Positions 43,345 to 53,900 of a DNA stretch of 64,000 nucleotides are shown one piece after another. This DNA comes from Bacteroides sp. (GTDB lineage Bacteria > Bacteroidota > Bacteroidia > Bacteroidales > Muribaculaceae): NCBI GenBank assembly GCA_014802435.1, contig JAAVCG010000032.1, forward strand, positions 65,839 through 129,838, given 5' to 3'. A program made the position numbers and the translations under genes. The notes under the pieces were generated by a model, which saw nothing but the letters and a program-made list of their open reading frames with translations, was not told where the DNA came from and made no database searches. The first letter of the stretch is position 1. Every line of letters begins with the position of its first letter.

Positions 43345-44967
43345 GTGGATACAAAGTATATTTTTGTTACCGGAGGAGTAGTCTCCTCGCTTGGTAAAGG
43401 TATCATTTCTTCCTCGCTCGCGTGTCTGCTCAAGGCGCGCGGTTTCCGTGTCACTATCCAGAAATTTGATCCTTATATAAATATTGACCCGGGCACTCTA
43501 AATCCCTATGAACATGGCGAATGTTATGTCACGGTCGATGGCCATGAAGCCGACCTTGACCTGGGACATTATGAGCGCTTCACCAATATTCAGACCACTC
43601 GCGCCAACAATATTACCAGCGGTCGCATCTTCCAAAACGTAATCAATAAGGAGCGCCATGGCGAATATCTCGGCAAAACCGTCCAGATTATTCCTCACAT
43701 CACTGACGAAATCAAGCGTAACGTCACTCTGCTTGGCGAAACCGGAAATTTTGACTTCGTTATTACGGAAATCGGGGGCACTGTCGGTGATATTGAGTCG
43801 CTGCCGTTTCTGGAGGCCGTGCGCCAACTCAAGTGGGAACTCGGCGATGATGCCTGCTGCGTCCATCTGACTTATGTTCCTTATCTCGGAGCGGCCAAGG
43901 AGCTGAAAACCAAGCCTACGCAACATTCCGTCAAGCAGTTGCAGCAATTGGGCATACAGCCTGACATCCTCGTGCTTCGTACGGAAAAGGATATTCCCCA
44001 AGAAATGCGCCGCAAGATTGCGCAGTTCTGTAATGTCGCTCCTGACGCCGTAGTCCAGAGTGCCGATGCGCCGAGCATCTATGAGGTCCCCGTCAGAATG
44101 CACAATCAGCATCTCGACGAAATCCTTCTTCGCGTTTGCAACGTCAGCAATGCTCCGGAGCCCGACATGGAGGCCTGGTATAAGTTCCTCAATCATATGG
44201 TTGAAGCCAAGGAGGAAGTAACCATTGGACTCGTTGGCAAATACGTTGAGCTTCAGGATGCATATAAGTCTATCAATGAGGCCCTTTTCCAGGCCGCTAC
44301 TTATAATGACCGCCGCCTGAACCTCATCTCGATCCATTCCGAGCATCTCCATGAAGGCAACGTCGATGAAAAACTCGCCCAGATGGACGGCGTAATCATC
44401 GCCCCCGGATTTGGTTCACGTGGCATTGAAGGAAAGTTCGTCGCCCTGAAATGGTGTCGCGAACATGATGTGCCCACGTTTGGAATCTGCCTCGGTATGC
44501 AGTGCATGGTCATTGAATTTGCCCGCAATGTACTCGGCCTTAAGGACGCTAACTCAACGGAGATGCAACCCTCCACTCCTCATAATGTCATTGACCTGAT
44601 GGAAGAGCAAAAGAGCGTGACCGATATGGGCGGAACAATGCGCCTCGGAGCCTATGATTGCGTCTTGCGCCCCGGCTCGCGTGCCGCCATGGCCTATGGC
44701 GCCGAAAACGTCCGCGAGCGCCATCGCCATCGCTTTGAATTCAATAATAATTACCGTGCCGCATTTGAGCAGGCCGGCATGAACTGCGTCGGCGAAAATC
44801 CTGAAACTCACCTCGTTGAAGTGGTTGAAATCCCTGAGAAACGTTGGTTTATCGGCACTCAGTATCATCCCGAATATTCTTCAACCGTTCTCTCCCCTAA
44901 TCCGATTTTCCTTGACTTCATTAAAGCCGCAATTTCATTTCACAAAGAAAAAAACAGCAATAAATAA
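43345..44967 (+). CDS. pyrG: CTP synthase
   Basis: YIFVTGGVVSSLGKGI N-terminus and a glutamine amidotransferase GICLGMQ region. GTG start. Confidence 0.97.
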   Translation: MDTKYIFVTGGVVSSLGKGIISSSLACLLKARGFRVTIQKFDPYINIDPGTLNPYEHGECYVTVDGHEADLDLGHYERFTNIQTTRANNITSGRIFQNVINKERHGEYLGKTVQIIPHITDEIKRNVTLLGETGNFDFVITEIGGTVGDIESLPFLEAVRQLKWELGDDACCVHLTYVPYLGAAKELKTKPTQHSVKQLQQLGIQPDILVLRTEKDIPQEMRRKIAQFCNVAPDAVVQSADAPSIYEVPVRMHNQHLDEILLRVCNVSNAPEPDMEAWYKFLNHMVEAKEEVTIGLVGKYVELQDAYKSINEALFQAATYNDRRLNLISIHSEHLHEGNVDEKLAQMDGVIIAPGFGSRGIEGKFVALKWCREHDVPTFGICLGMQCMVIEFARNVLGLKDANSTEMQPSTPHNVIDLMEEQKSVTDMGGTMRLGAYDCVLRPGSRAAMAYGAENVRERHRHRFEFNNNYRAAFEQAGMNCVGENPETHLVEVVEIPEKRWFIGTQYHPEYSSTVLSPNPIFLDFIKAAISFHKEKNSNK

Positions 44968-47093
44968 TGGATAAGAACACTCTCATTGGCATCCTCCTGA
45001 TGGGTGCTATCATCTTCGGCTTCATGTATCTTAACAAGCCCTCCGCCGAAGAAATCGAGCGCCAGCGCCAGGAACAGGCCGACAAAGCGGCCGATGAAGA
45101 GCGCCGACGCGCCGAGGCCGAACAGCAGGCCCTCACCATCCCTGAAATCACTGCCGCCGATGTGACTGCCCTCCGCTCCGGCCTCGCACTCTATGGCCGC
45201 GAACAGGCTGATGGGTCACGTCAGTTTAAAACCGAGGATTATGACCTCCGTCTGGTCAATGACTCTACTCTGGTGGGAGAAGTAATCACCCCCGCCGGCG
45301 CTGTCAAGGTCAACGACGTAATCGCCGGTAACTTCCCCGAGGAAATGGCCACTCGCCAGAAGGCCGATGCTGCCCGCGCCCTGCTCGACGCCAAGTCACA
45401 GCTCGCCCGATATAAAAACTTTGCCGGATACCTCAGCGGTCAGGAAGAAATCGTCGGCCTTGAAAACAATGTCATCGCCCTCAAGCTCTCTAATCGCGGA
45501 GCCCAGATCAGCAACGTAATCCTCAAAGACTATAAATGTTACATCAATCCGGACACAACCCTTATTCAGCTCTGGGACGGTGACCAGAACAATTATGCCT
45601 TCACCCTGCGCAGCGATAGCGAGAAGTTTGAGTCTGACTCATTCTTCTTCACTCCCGTCCTCGAATCTGACTCTACTGTCCTGATGAAACTCGACCTGGG
45701 CGGCGACGCCTGGTGGGGTATCCGCTATACTCTCCCGGAGGCCGACGGATATATCGTCAAGATGGACGTCGTGCAGCATAACATGGCCGCCGCCGGAGTC
45801 ATTCCCGCCGGAGTCAGCACAATGGAATTCAGCTGGCGCCAAACCATGCAGAGATTTGAGCGCGGTCGAATGTTTGAAGAACGCAACTCCGCTATCTATT
45901 ATAAGGAACAAGGCGAAAAACCTGATGACCTCACCTCTCAGGGCAATGCCGACAAGGAAATTGACGCTCCCATCAAATGGATTGGCTTCAAAAATCAGTT
46001 CTTCAGTTCAATCCTGATTGCCGACGGTCAGTTCAACGCCGGAACAAAACTCAAATCCGTCGACCTCAAGGACAGCCTGACCGCCCTCAAAAACATGTCC
46101 GCAACCTCGCAGGTAGACTATGCCGTCAGCCGTGACTCCGTCGCCTCATTCAACTGGTATCTCGGTCCCAACCTCTATCCCGTCCTGAGAGATATGGACC
46201 GCATCTCCCCCTCTGAGGACCTGCAGCTCACCCGTGTGATTCCCCTCGGATGGTCCCTCTTCCGCTGGATCAACACCGGCGTAATCATCCCCGTCTTTAC
46301 CTTCCTCTCCAAGTATATTGTCAACTATGGCATCATCATCCTCCTGCTGACAATCTTCATTAAACTCGTCCTCTTCCCCTTCACTTTCAAGACCTTCAAG
46401 AGCCAGGCCAAGATGCGCCTCCTCGCCCCGGAAATCAAGGAAATCAATGAGCGTTATCCCGGTCAGGAACAGGCTCTCACACGCCAGCAGAAGACTATGG
46501 AACTATACTCCCGAGCCGGTGCTAACCCCATGGGCGGGTGTCTCCCGATGCTCCTCCAGATGCCTATTCTGATTGCTATGTTCTCATTCTTCCCCAGCGC
46601 AATCGAGCTCCGCGGACAATCTTTCCTCTGGGCTCATGACCTTGCCGCTCCTGATGCCGTAATCACCTGGAAAGCCAATATCCCCATCATCTCCTGGATT
46701 TTCGGAAACCATCTGAGCCTCTTCTGCCTCCTGATGACCGCCACTAACATTGTCTACAGCAAGATTACTATGGCCTCGCAGCCCGGCGGACAGTCAATGC
46801 CCGGAATGAAACTCATGACCTACGGCATGCCCCTGATGTTCCTCTTCTGGTTCAATAACTATGCCGCAGGCCTCAGCTACTATTACTTCCTCTCGCTCCT
46901 GATTACCATCATCCAAACCTACGTTATCCGCCACTGGGTTATCGACGAAGACAAAGTTCGCGCCGAAATGGCTGAAAATGCTAAAAAGCCCAAAAAGAAA
47001 TCCGGATGGCTCGCCAAGATGCAGGAAGTACAGCGCCAGCAGGAACAACTGATGCGCGAACAAGCTAAACAACAATCTAAAAAACGCCGCTAA
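44967..47093 (+). CDS. yidC: Membrane protein insertase YidC (long Bacteroidetes form)
   Basis: TAATG overlap with pyrG. It has a large periplasmic domain, then conserved C-terminal transmembrane helices (..NPMGGCLPMLLQMPILIAMF..) and a basic tail. Confidence 0.95.
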   Translation: MDKNTLIGILLMGAIIFGFMYLNKPSAEEIERQRQEQADKAADEERRRAEAEQQALTIPEITAADVTALRSGLALYGREQADGSRQFKTEDYDLRLVNDSTLVGEVITPAGAVKVNDVIAGNFPEEMATRQKADAARALLDAKSQLARYKNFAGYLSGQEEIVGLENNVIALKLSNRGAQISNVILKDYKCYINPDTTLIQLWDGDQNNYAFTLRSDSEKFESDSFFFTPVLESDSTVLMKLDLGGDAWWGIRYTLPEADGYIVKMDVVQHNMAAAGVIPAGVSTMEFSWRQTMQRFERGRMFEERNSAIYYKEQGEKPDDLTSQGNADKEIDAPIKWIGFKNQFFSSILIADGQFNAGTKLKSVDLKDSLTALKNMSATSQVDYAVSRDSVASFNWYLGPNLYPVLRDMDRISPSEDLQLTRVIPLGWSLFRWINTGVIIPVFTFLSKYIVNYGIIILLLTIFIKLVLFPFTFKTFKSQAKMRLLAPEIKEINERYPGQEQALTRQQKTMELYSRAGANPMGGCLPMLLQMPILIAMFSFFPSAIELRGQSFLWAHDLAAPDAVITWKANIPIISWIFGNHLSLFCLLMTATNIVYSKITMASQPGGQSMPGMKLMTYGMPLMFLFWFNNYAAGLSYYYFLSLLITIIQTYVIRHWVIDEDKVRAEMAENAKKPKKKSGWLAKMQEVQRQQEQLMREQAKQQSKKRR

Positions 47094-47120
47094 TCACCCC
47101 CCCATCTTATTTTTCTGACG

Positions 47121-48299
47121 ATGAGCAACCAACGATATGACCTCCGAGGAGTCTCCGCTACTAAGGAAGACGTCCATTCAGCTATCAAAAACATTGATAA
47201 GGGTCTCTTCCCCAAGGCCTTCTGCAAGATTATCCCCGATATTCTTGGCGGCGACCCCGAATTCTGTAACATCATGCATGCCGATGGCGCAGGAACAAAA
47301 TCAAGCCTTGCCTACGTCTACTGGCGCGAAACCGGCGACCTTTCCGTCTGGAAAGGTATCGCCCAGGATGCCCTCGTGATGAACATTGATGACCTTCTCT
47401 GCGTCGGCGCTACCTCCGGAATCCTTGTCAGCTCCACAATTGGACGAAACAAGCACCTCATCCCCGGAGAAGTTATCGCCGCCATCATCAACGGCACCGA
47501 AGAACTCCTCGCTGACCTCCGCGCCCACGGAATCGACATCCACTCCACCGGAGGCGAAACCGCCGACGTCGGTGACCTCGTCCGCACCATCATCGTGGAC
47601 TCTACTGTAACCTGCCGTATGCCCCGCAATCAGGTCATTGACAACGCCAACATCGCCGCCGGAAACGTTATCGTCGGGCTCGCATCTTATGGCCAAGCAG
47701 AATATGAAGACGCCTACAACGGCGGAATGGGCTCAAACGGTCTCACTTCCGCCCGACATGACGTCTTCGCCAAATACCTCGCCGAAAAATACCCCGAAAG
47801 CTTCGACGCTGCCACTCCCGACGAACTCGTCTACTCAGGCTCTGTCCGCCTCACTGACCCCACTGAAGTCGAAGGAGTTGACGCCGGTAAACTCGTTCTT
47901 TCCCCAACCCGCACCTATGCTCCCCTCGTCAAGGCTCTCCTCGACAAGATGCGCCCCCGAATCCACGGTATGATTCACTGCTCCGGTGGCGCACAAACCA
48001 AGATTCTGCATTTCCTCGCACCCGGCCTACACGTCATCAAAGACAATCTCCTCCCCGTTCCCCCGCTTTTCAACCTCATTCAGCGCGAATCAGCAACTGA
48101 CTGGGCCGAAATGTATAAAGTCTTCAACATGGGAACCCGCATGGAAATCTACGTCGACCCCGCCGACGCCCAACTCGTCATCGACACCGCCGCCTCATTC
48201 GGCATCCCCGCCCAAATCATCGGCCGCGTCGAACCCGGCACAAACCCCAACGCCCCAACCCTAACCATCACCTCCCCCCAAGGCACCTTCACCTACTAA
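47121..48299 (+). CDS. purM: AIR synthase-related protein / phosphoribosylformylglycinamidine cyclo-ligase
   Basis: ..IMHADGAGTKS.. and an AIRS/AIRS_C-like layout, 392 aa. Confidence 0.8.
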   Translation: MSNQRYDLRGVSATKEDVHSAIKNIDKGLFPKAFCKIIPDILGGDPEFCNIMHADGAGTKSSLAYVYWRETGDLSVWKGIAQDALVMNIDDLLCVGATSGILVSSTIGRNKHLIPGEVIAAIINGTEELLADLRAHGIDIHSTGGETADVGDLVRTIIVDSTVTCRMPRNQVIDNANIAAGNVIVGLASYGQAEYEDAYNGGMGSNGLTSARHDVFAKYLAEKYPESFDAATPDELVYSGSVRLTDPTEVEGVDAGKLVLSPTRTYAPLVKALLDKMRPRIHGMIHCSGGAQTKILHFLAPGLHVIKDNLLPVPPLFNLIQRESATDWAEMYKVFNMGTRMEIYVDPADAQLVIDTAASFGIPAQIIGRVEPGTNPNAPTLTITSPQGTFTY

Positions 48300-48305
48300 A
48301 AAAAA

Positions 48306-48376
48306 TCCGCCAAGTCCGCCCAGTCAAACCAGTCCGACAAGTCCGACAAGTCCGACTCGTCCGACAAGTCCGACTA
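48306..48376. repeat. Eight tandem 9-nt repeats (consensus TCCGACAAG) between convergent genes
   Basis: tccgccaag tccgcccag tcaaaccag tccgacaag tccgacaag tccgactcg tccgacaag tccgacta. Confidence 0.9.
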
Positions 48377-48559
48377 AAAATCATCAAACATATCGTAATC
48401 ATCCTGCTCCTCATGGAAATCATCATATGATCGGAAATCATATGAAAATCCATGAGGAGCATCATTCTTGTGATCAGACTCATGCTTCTCCATGCGATCA
48501 TACTCGCCAACCAACCAGCGAAACAAGAAAAAATCACCGATCCATTTCCAAATCCTCAT
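48374..48559 (-). CDS. Small hypothetical protein (61 aa; hydrophobic N-terminus, acidic C-terminus)
   Basis: The ORF is preceded by a CAAAGATA -7 box at 48605-48612. No homology is recognised. Confidence 0.4.
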   Translation of the reverse strand: MRIWKWIGDFFLFRWLVGEYDRMEKHESDHKNDAPHGFSYDFRSYDDFHEEQDDYDMFDDF

Positions 48560-48604
48560 AATCGTTCGTTTAAATCGTTATATATAAATTTTAATTTTTC
48601 GCCG

Positions 48605-48612
48605 CAAAGATA
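48605..48612 (-). promoter_or_regulatory. Candidate -7 box (TATCTTTG on the minus strand)
   Basis: ~45 nt upstream of the ATG at 48559. Confidence 0.4.
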
Positions 48613-48716
48613 GCAACATCAGGGGCATAAACCAAACCCACCCAAGTTAAAAAACGTTAACCCCCCAATCTGCCCTCCTCACCCATGGAAAGGCGCTGTC
48701 GCAAAGCCGGGATTCT

Positions 48717-49766
48717 TCAGGCCTGATTATGGTGGTCAAGAAAGAATTGCTTTTGCCGTTCAATCTCTCGGCGAAGTTCATCCTCCGTTGGCATATAGGT
48801 CATGTACTTGGCCGCAAAAAGTTGATTGCTATCATTCAGTACTGAATATTTTGCAATGGTAGAGTCTGTATCCGTGCATAAAAGTACTCCGATTGTAGGA
48901 TTATCGTCGGGCCCTTTAATTAAGTCATCATACATTCTGACATACATATCCAGTTGACCTACATCTCCGTGGGTCATTTTGTGAGTTTTTAGCTCAAAAA
49001 TAACAAATCGCTTCATGCGGAAGTTATAGAAAACGAGATCAATATAGAAATCATCCATATCCGTCGAGATATGTTGCTGCCTTTCCACAAAGGCAAATCC
49101 TCTGCCGAGTTCAAGGATGAATTTTTCAAGATTATCAATTAGAGCCTGTTCAAGCTCTGACTCTGAAAAATGGCTATCGGGTTTGAAGCCCATAAATTCT
49201 GCAACCGTTGGATTTTTGATATATTCCAATGGGTCAGAATCATTATATGGAGCTTTAGTTATCGGAAGAATATCCTTCGGATGTTCCCTTTGGTCTGCAA
49301 GTCTGCGTTCATAATATTGGGAGCAGATATTTCGGTCAAGGGTTGTTGTGCTCCACATATCTTTTGATGCTTGGCTCATATACCAAAGGCGAGCTTCCGT
49401 ATTTGTTACTGATAACAAACGTCGGATGTGTGTCCACGTTAAATTGTGTACGAGCTCGTTCACAATTTGAATGTCGTTAAAAAGCAAGTAAAACTTACGA
49501 AAATGTTCTAAATTACGTTTATTGTAACTTGCTCCATACTCATGTCTCAGCTCCTCAGCCAATCCGGCAATAAGTCGGGAGCCGTATTCCGCGCGAACAT
49601 TCCCTTTTTGTTCTTCCTCAACAATGCGGCGACCGATATTCCAATATGTGGCCAGTGCAATAGCACTTGCGGTTGAGAACGCTTGTTGACGGCCATTATC
49701 AATAATTTGGCGAACATCAGAAACAAATTCCGTTGGTATATGTATTATTGCTTTCTTCTTTGCCAT
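48717..49766 (-). CDS. YhcG-like PDDEXK nuclease domain protein (DUF1016 family)
   Basis: N-terminal ..YWNIGRRIVEEEQ..AEYG.. and C-terminal ..GFAFVERQ..IDLVFYN..FVIFELK.. (PD-(D/E)xK). AT-rich relative to its neighbours. Confidence 0.8.
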   Translation of the reverse strand: MAKKKAIIHIPTEFVSDVRQIIDNGRQQAFSTASAIALATYWNIGRRIVEEEQKGNVRAEYGSRLIAGLAEELRHEYGASYNKRNLEHFRKFYLLFNDIQIVNELVHNLTWTHIRRLLSVTNTEARLWYMSQASKDMWSTTTLDRNICSQYYERRLADQREHPKDILPITKAPYNDSDPLEYIKNPTVAEFMGFKPDSHFSESELEQALIDNLEKFILELGRGFAFVERQQHISTDMDDFYIDLVFYNFRMKRFVIFELKTHKMTHGDVGQLDMYVRMYDDLIKGPDDNPTIGVLLCTDTDSTIAKYSVLNDSNQLFAAKYMTYMPTEDELRREIERQKQFFLDHHNQA

Positions 49767-49798
49767 TTGACTTTATTAGATTATTAGTTACGATGCAC

Positions 49799-49806
49799 CA
49801 AAGTTA
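49799..49806 (-). promoter_or_regulatory. Candidate -7 box (TAACTTTG on the minus strand)
   Basis: 33 nt upstream of the ATG at 49766. It shares the 15-nt CAAAGTTACAAATTT with the rpsA promoter. Confidence 0.5.
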
Positions 49807-49838
49807 CAAATTTATTTTGAAATTTCCATTGGCGGGGA

Positions 49839-50888
49839 TTAGCGGAGGAGGGGGAGGGTGAGGGCGTCGGCAAGGAGCCAGTCTGGTTCGGAGATGCGGA
49901 GGTTGCCTTGGGGGGTGGGGGAGAGGTGGCTGCGGGCGTAGAGGAGTTCTTTTTCAGTGAGGAGGGCGGGGTTGAGGCCTCGGGCGGTTCTGAGGGCGGT
50001 CATTATGACGTCGTTATGGCGCTCGGTCGCGGTTTCAGGGTCTGTTTGAAACGCTCCGGCGGGATTGTTCATATAGACGGGCAGATTTGGCGGATTGAAG
50101 CTGCGTAAGGCGCCGTCAAAGCTGTGGGCGCCGGGTCCCAGACCCAGGTAAGGTGTTGAGTCCCAATAGGCTGAGTTATGCCGGGAATGGAATCCGGGTC
50201 GGGCAAAGTTTGAAATCTCATAGTGCTCAAATCCGGCGCCGCGCGTCAGCGAGCAGAGGGCGTGATACATCCGGACTACTTCATCTTCGTCGGTTTCCTG
50301 AATCTTTCCCGTCATCAGTCGGGTATGGAGCAGGGTGCCGGGTTCATAGCTCAGGGAGTAGGCCGAAAGATGCTCGGGGGCGAGTTCGAGGAGGCCTTCA
50401 AGGGATTGGTGCCATGACCGGAGAGTCTGGCCGGGGAGCCCGTAGATGAGGTCAAGGGAGATGTTTGAAAATCCGGCGCGGCGGAGCGTATGAAACGCCT
50501 CAATGGCCTGAGCAGCAGAGTGTCGGCGCCCAACGGCCGAGAGCTCTGAGTCAATGAGTGACTGCACACCCATGCTCACTCTGTTAGCGCCGGCGCTGAG
50601 CCAGAGTTCGGCGGCACGGGGGGAGACGTCTTCCGGGTTCACTTCAATGGTGCGTTCGCCTGCCGAGAGGGCAAAGAAGGGGGCGAGCAACTGCGGCGGC
50701 ATCGTTGAGGGGGTGCCTCCGCCAATGTAAACCGTCTGATATTCCGGGGCTAACGTGCGGGCCTCGAGTTCGCGGCTGAGGGCCGCGGCATAGTCTTGCG
50801 GGGCGAATCCGCGGAGCGGCCCCGAATAGAAGTCGCAGTAGGCACACTTATGTCGGCAAAAGGGAATATGAACGTAGAGTCCGGCCAT
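49839..50888 (-). CDS. hemW: Radical SAM haem chaperone HemW (HemN-like, oxygen-independent coproporphyrinogen oxidase family)
   Basis: YVHIPFCRHKCAYCDF CxxxCxxC motif near the N-terminus. Confidence 0.9.
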   Translation of the reverse strand: MAGLYVHIPFCRHKCAYCDFYSGPLRGFAPQDYAAALSRELEARTLAPEYQTVYIGGGTPSTMPPQLLAPFFALSAGERTIEVNPEDVSPRAAELWLSAGANRVSMGVQSLIDSELSAVGRRHSAAQAIEAFHTLRRAGFSNISLDLIYGLPGQTLRSWHQSLEGLLELAPEHLSAYSLSYEPGTLLHTRLMTGKIQETDEDEVVRMYHALCSLTRGAGFEHYEISNFARPGFHSRHNSAYWDSTPYLGLGPGAHSFDGALRSFNPPNLPVYMNNPAGAFQTDPETATERHNDVIMTALRTARGLNPALLTEKELLYARSHLSPTPQGNLRISEPDWLLADALTLPLLR

Positions 50889-50902
50889 AAGCGGGTGGTG
50901 GG

Positions 50903-53900
50903 TTAGACGAGGCAGGTCGTTTTAAAAGGACAGTAATTACAGGGCGAGCCTGTTCCGGCGGTCAGGCCGGTTTTGCGGAAGGGCACTTCGGGATTAAAAA
51001 TCTCCTCAATCATGCTGCAAAACAGCGGCTCAAACCAGTCGGCCACCTGCGCATATGAAAGCAGCGGGACGGGCTTTTGGCGTGATTCCTTGAGGTTGAG
51101 CGGCGGGAAGGTGGAGCCGTCGGTCGGAGTCTGGCGAATCTTATAAATCAGCGGCTGCATCTCGTCATTTTCCGCGCCGATAAGTGATTTATAGGCAAAG
51201 CAATATGTCAGCAGCTGGAAGATACCTTCGCGATGAGTGTAGCGGCCCGGAGGCATCAGGTTCGAGGGGTTGAAGTCTAATTCGTCGCTCCCGGTTTTAT
51301 AGTCGACAAAGCGGAGTTTGCCTCCGGCGCGGTCCAGGCGGTCAATCTTGAGGGTGAAGTTGAGGTTAGTTCCGGAGGGGAGGTGCCAGTTTTCGGTTTT
51401 CGACATTTCGGCGTCAACGAACTCAAAAGGCACGGGTTCGGCCCGCAGCATATCCTTCATAATCTCAAGATATTCCGGGAAATAGACCTCAGCCTCGCCG
51501 GAAAGATTGCGCGAATAAGCCTGAGGGTCGTCAACTCGGAGGCCTACGTGGTTAACATTAAACGAGCGCAAAAGCTCCCGGCGGAGCATATCGTCATACC
51601 CCCCGTCAATGAGCTCCCGGATAACGGACTCGGTGATGTTTGAGGTCTTAAATTCGTCGCGCAGACGCTTATAAATCATCTCGGCGGTTTGATGGATGAT
51701 GTTACCAAAGGCGAGCGCGTCAAGATTAGGCCTCCGCGGCTCTTCAGGGCGAATGTTTTCCACTCGCTCAAGGTAAAACCTCATCGGACACCCAAGATAA
51801 GTCTTTAAGGCCGAGGCTGATAGCTTATAGGTCCGTTTCTGAGCCGGGTCAGTGTATCGGAGGAGTTTCTCCATGACCTCCGGAGTCTTCTCAACCGAGT
51901 CCGGGAAGAGCGAGCGCTCACTCGGCGACGCCAGATTTGAGGCAATCACCGCGTCATTAACCGTGATTTCCACTCCCGGGAAGTCCATGTTGATAAGCTG
52001 CTCAATGAAGCGACTCTTTTCGCCGGAGCGCAGTCCGCCGGAGCGCGAATCATAAATGAGAGTCAGATTATCGGCATTAGAGAGTATGCGGAAAAAATAA
52101 TATGCTGCGTCTGACTCGTAATGCTCAGCCGTCGGCAGCCCGTAGGCGCGGCGCAGCGATTCCGGAATGAAGGATTTATTGCTCACCCGCCCGGGAAAGA
52201 CGGAATCATTCATTGAGAGCATCATGACGTTACGGAATCCGAGGGCACGGGTCTCGAGCACTCCCATAATCTGCAATACGTCAAACGTGAGCCCCGAAAG
52301 CGCCAGAGCCGACTGGAAGATGACTCTCTCAAGCATATGGAAGAACGTGTTTTTAACCATTTTCACTCCATATTGCTCCGTCAATTCCTTGATTTCATCT
52401 ACTTGACCGTTAATCACTTCAATCACCTTGGCGTCAAGTCCGGTGAGGATTTCCGATTCAAGACAGCGCCCGAGAACGAGCCTTGTATAATCCGCCACGC
52501 AGTCAATATCATTGGGGTCACGGACCGGCGCAAGCAAATCAGCCATCACCGGAAAGTCTGCCGCCGCAAAGGCGATGGTCTCGCCGGGAAGATTAAAGAG
52601 GTTCTGCTCGTCCATCAGGTTGCGCAGGGCGGTCAATTCATCCGGACAGACGGCGCGCAGAAGCGGATTGGCCAGCAGCCGGAGTATGTCCTTACGGAAG
52701 TATTCTATGCGGCCGTCAGTATGGCGTTTGGCGCGAAGCTGTAGCCCGGCCAGCGACGCATAAAGTTGCGACACCTGAGAGTAGCGCAACGGATAACCCA
52801 TCGTGACATTTATCTGCTCAAACTCCTCAGGGATAGAGGCTACGAGCGGAAGCAACGCGTCAGGCGCCGGAAGCACCAGGGCGGTATTCGACCCCCTGAG
52901 CAGCGACGCCGCAAGCTTGGCCTGACCAACGTTGGAGGCTATCCCGATGACCTCCACACGGTGCTTGCCGCCCCCCGCGGGAAGGCTGACGGCATTGAGC
53001 GAGTCGGTAAAATGCTCCTGATAGCGGGCAATGAATCGCCCCGCCTTATTGCCCGAGGCCGGATTCATCAGCGCCGGGTCATATTCCCAGTAGAAATGAG
53101 CCATGGAGGCTTTCCGGAGCTCTTCAAAAATCATGTGTTCGGCCGTCGAGAGGCGGTGGAAGCCGATGAAAACATATTTCTTCGGGTTAAACGGGAGCTT
53201 CCGCGGCCCTTCTGATTTCAGCATTTCGGCCACCCGGCGCTCGGCCATGCCCGGATAACAGAGTTTCTCCTCAAGAAGCATCCGCGTCACCTCCTGATAA
53301 ATCTCAGTCATCATCTCCCAAATCTGCTTGAACTTGCGCACGGGGGCATGCTCGTCGGAGCCTATGTGGGCCCAAAACGGGAGCTCCTTGGCCTCCTCTT
53401 TGAGCTCCGGAGCGGCCAGTCGGCCCCAGTAGGGGTCATCGCCCCAGAAATTTCTGATTATCCGCGCTTGCTCATCCGTAAGATAAAAGGCCTGAATCTC
53501 CTTATAGTCAGCGACATTGCGGAAAATCTCCGTAGGATTGACCATATAGCGGTCAATTTCGTCAAAATCCTTGATGAGCATCTCCGCCCAAAAGCGAAAG
53601 CGGTCAAATTCCTCCGGGGTGAAGTCCGGGTTATGTTGGCGCGAAACCTTGCAATAGGCCGCATAAACCGTCATCAGGAGCTTGTTTTGCGAGGCCCGTT
53701 TCAGGCGGGCGCCTTTTTCGCAAAACTCCGCCATAGTCAGGGTGATGGTCTTCAGGTCGCGACCCTCAAAGGTCTTGTTCTGTGATAGATAGTGGGTAAA
53801 ATATTTGGCTGAACGGGAATTGGGAAAGACGAAGGTATAGCGGTTGAGATCCATTCCCTCGGCGCGGAAATATCCGTCGGCAATACTGCGGAGAAATGCG

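Noticed and set aside
43498-44868. Minus-strand ORFs (284, 91 and 104 aa) inside pyrG
   Set aside because: They are shadow ORFs opposite a universally conserved gene.
48306-48376. Possibility that the tandem repeats here or at 1650-1800 are a CRISPR array
   Set aside because: The repeats are 7-9 nt and directly abutting with no spacers. No cas genes are in the window.
48289-48537. 82-aa minus-strand ORF translating the 9-nt repeats as SRTCRTSRTCRTCRT
   Set aside because: Its reading frame exists only because the repeat period is 9. It overlaps the better-supported 61-aa ORF in another frame and lacks a promoter or start context.
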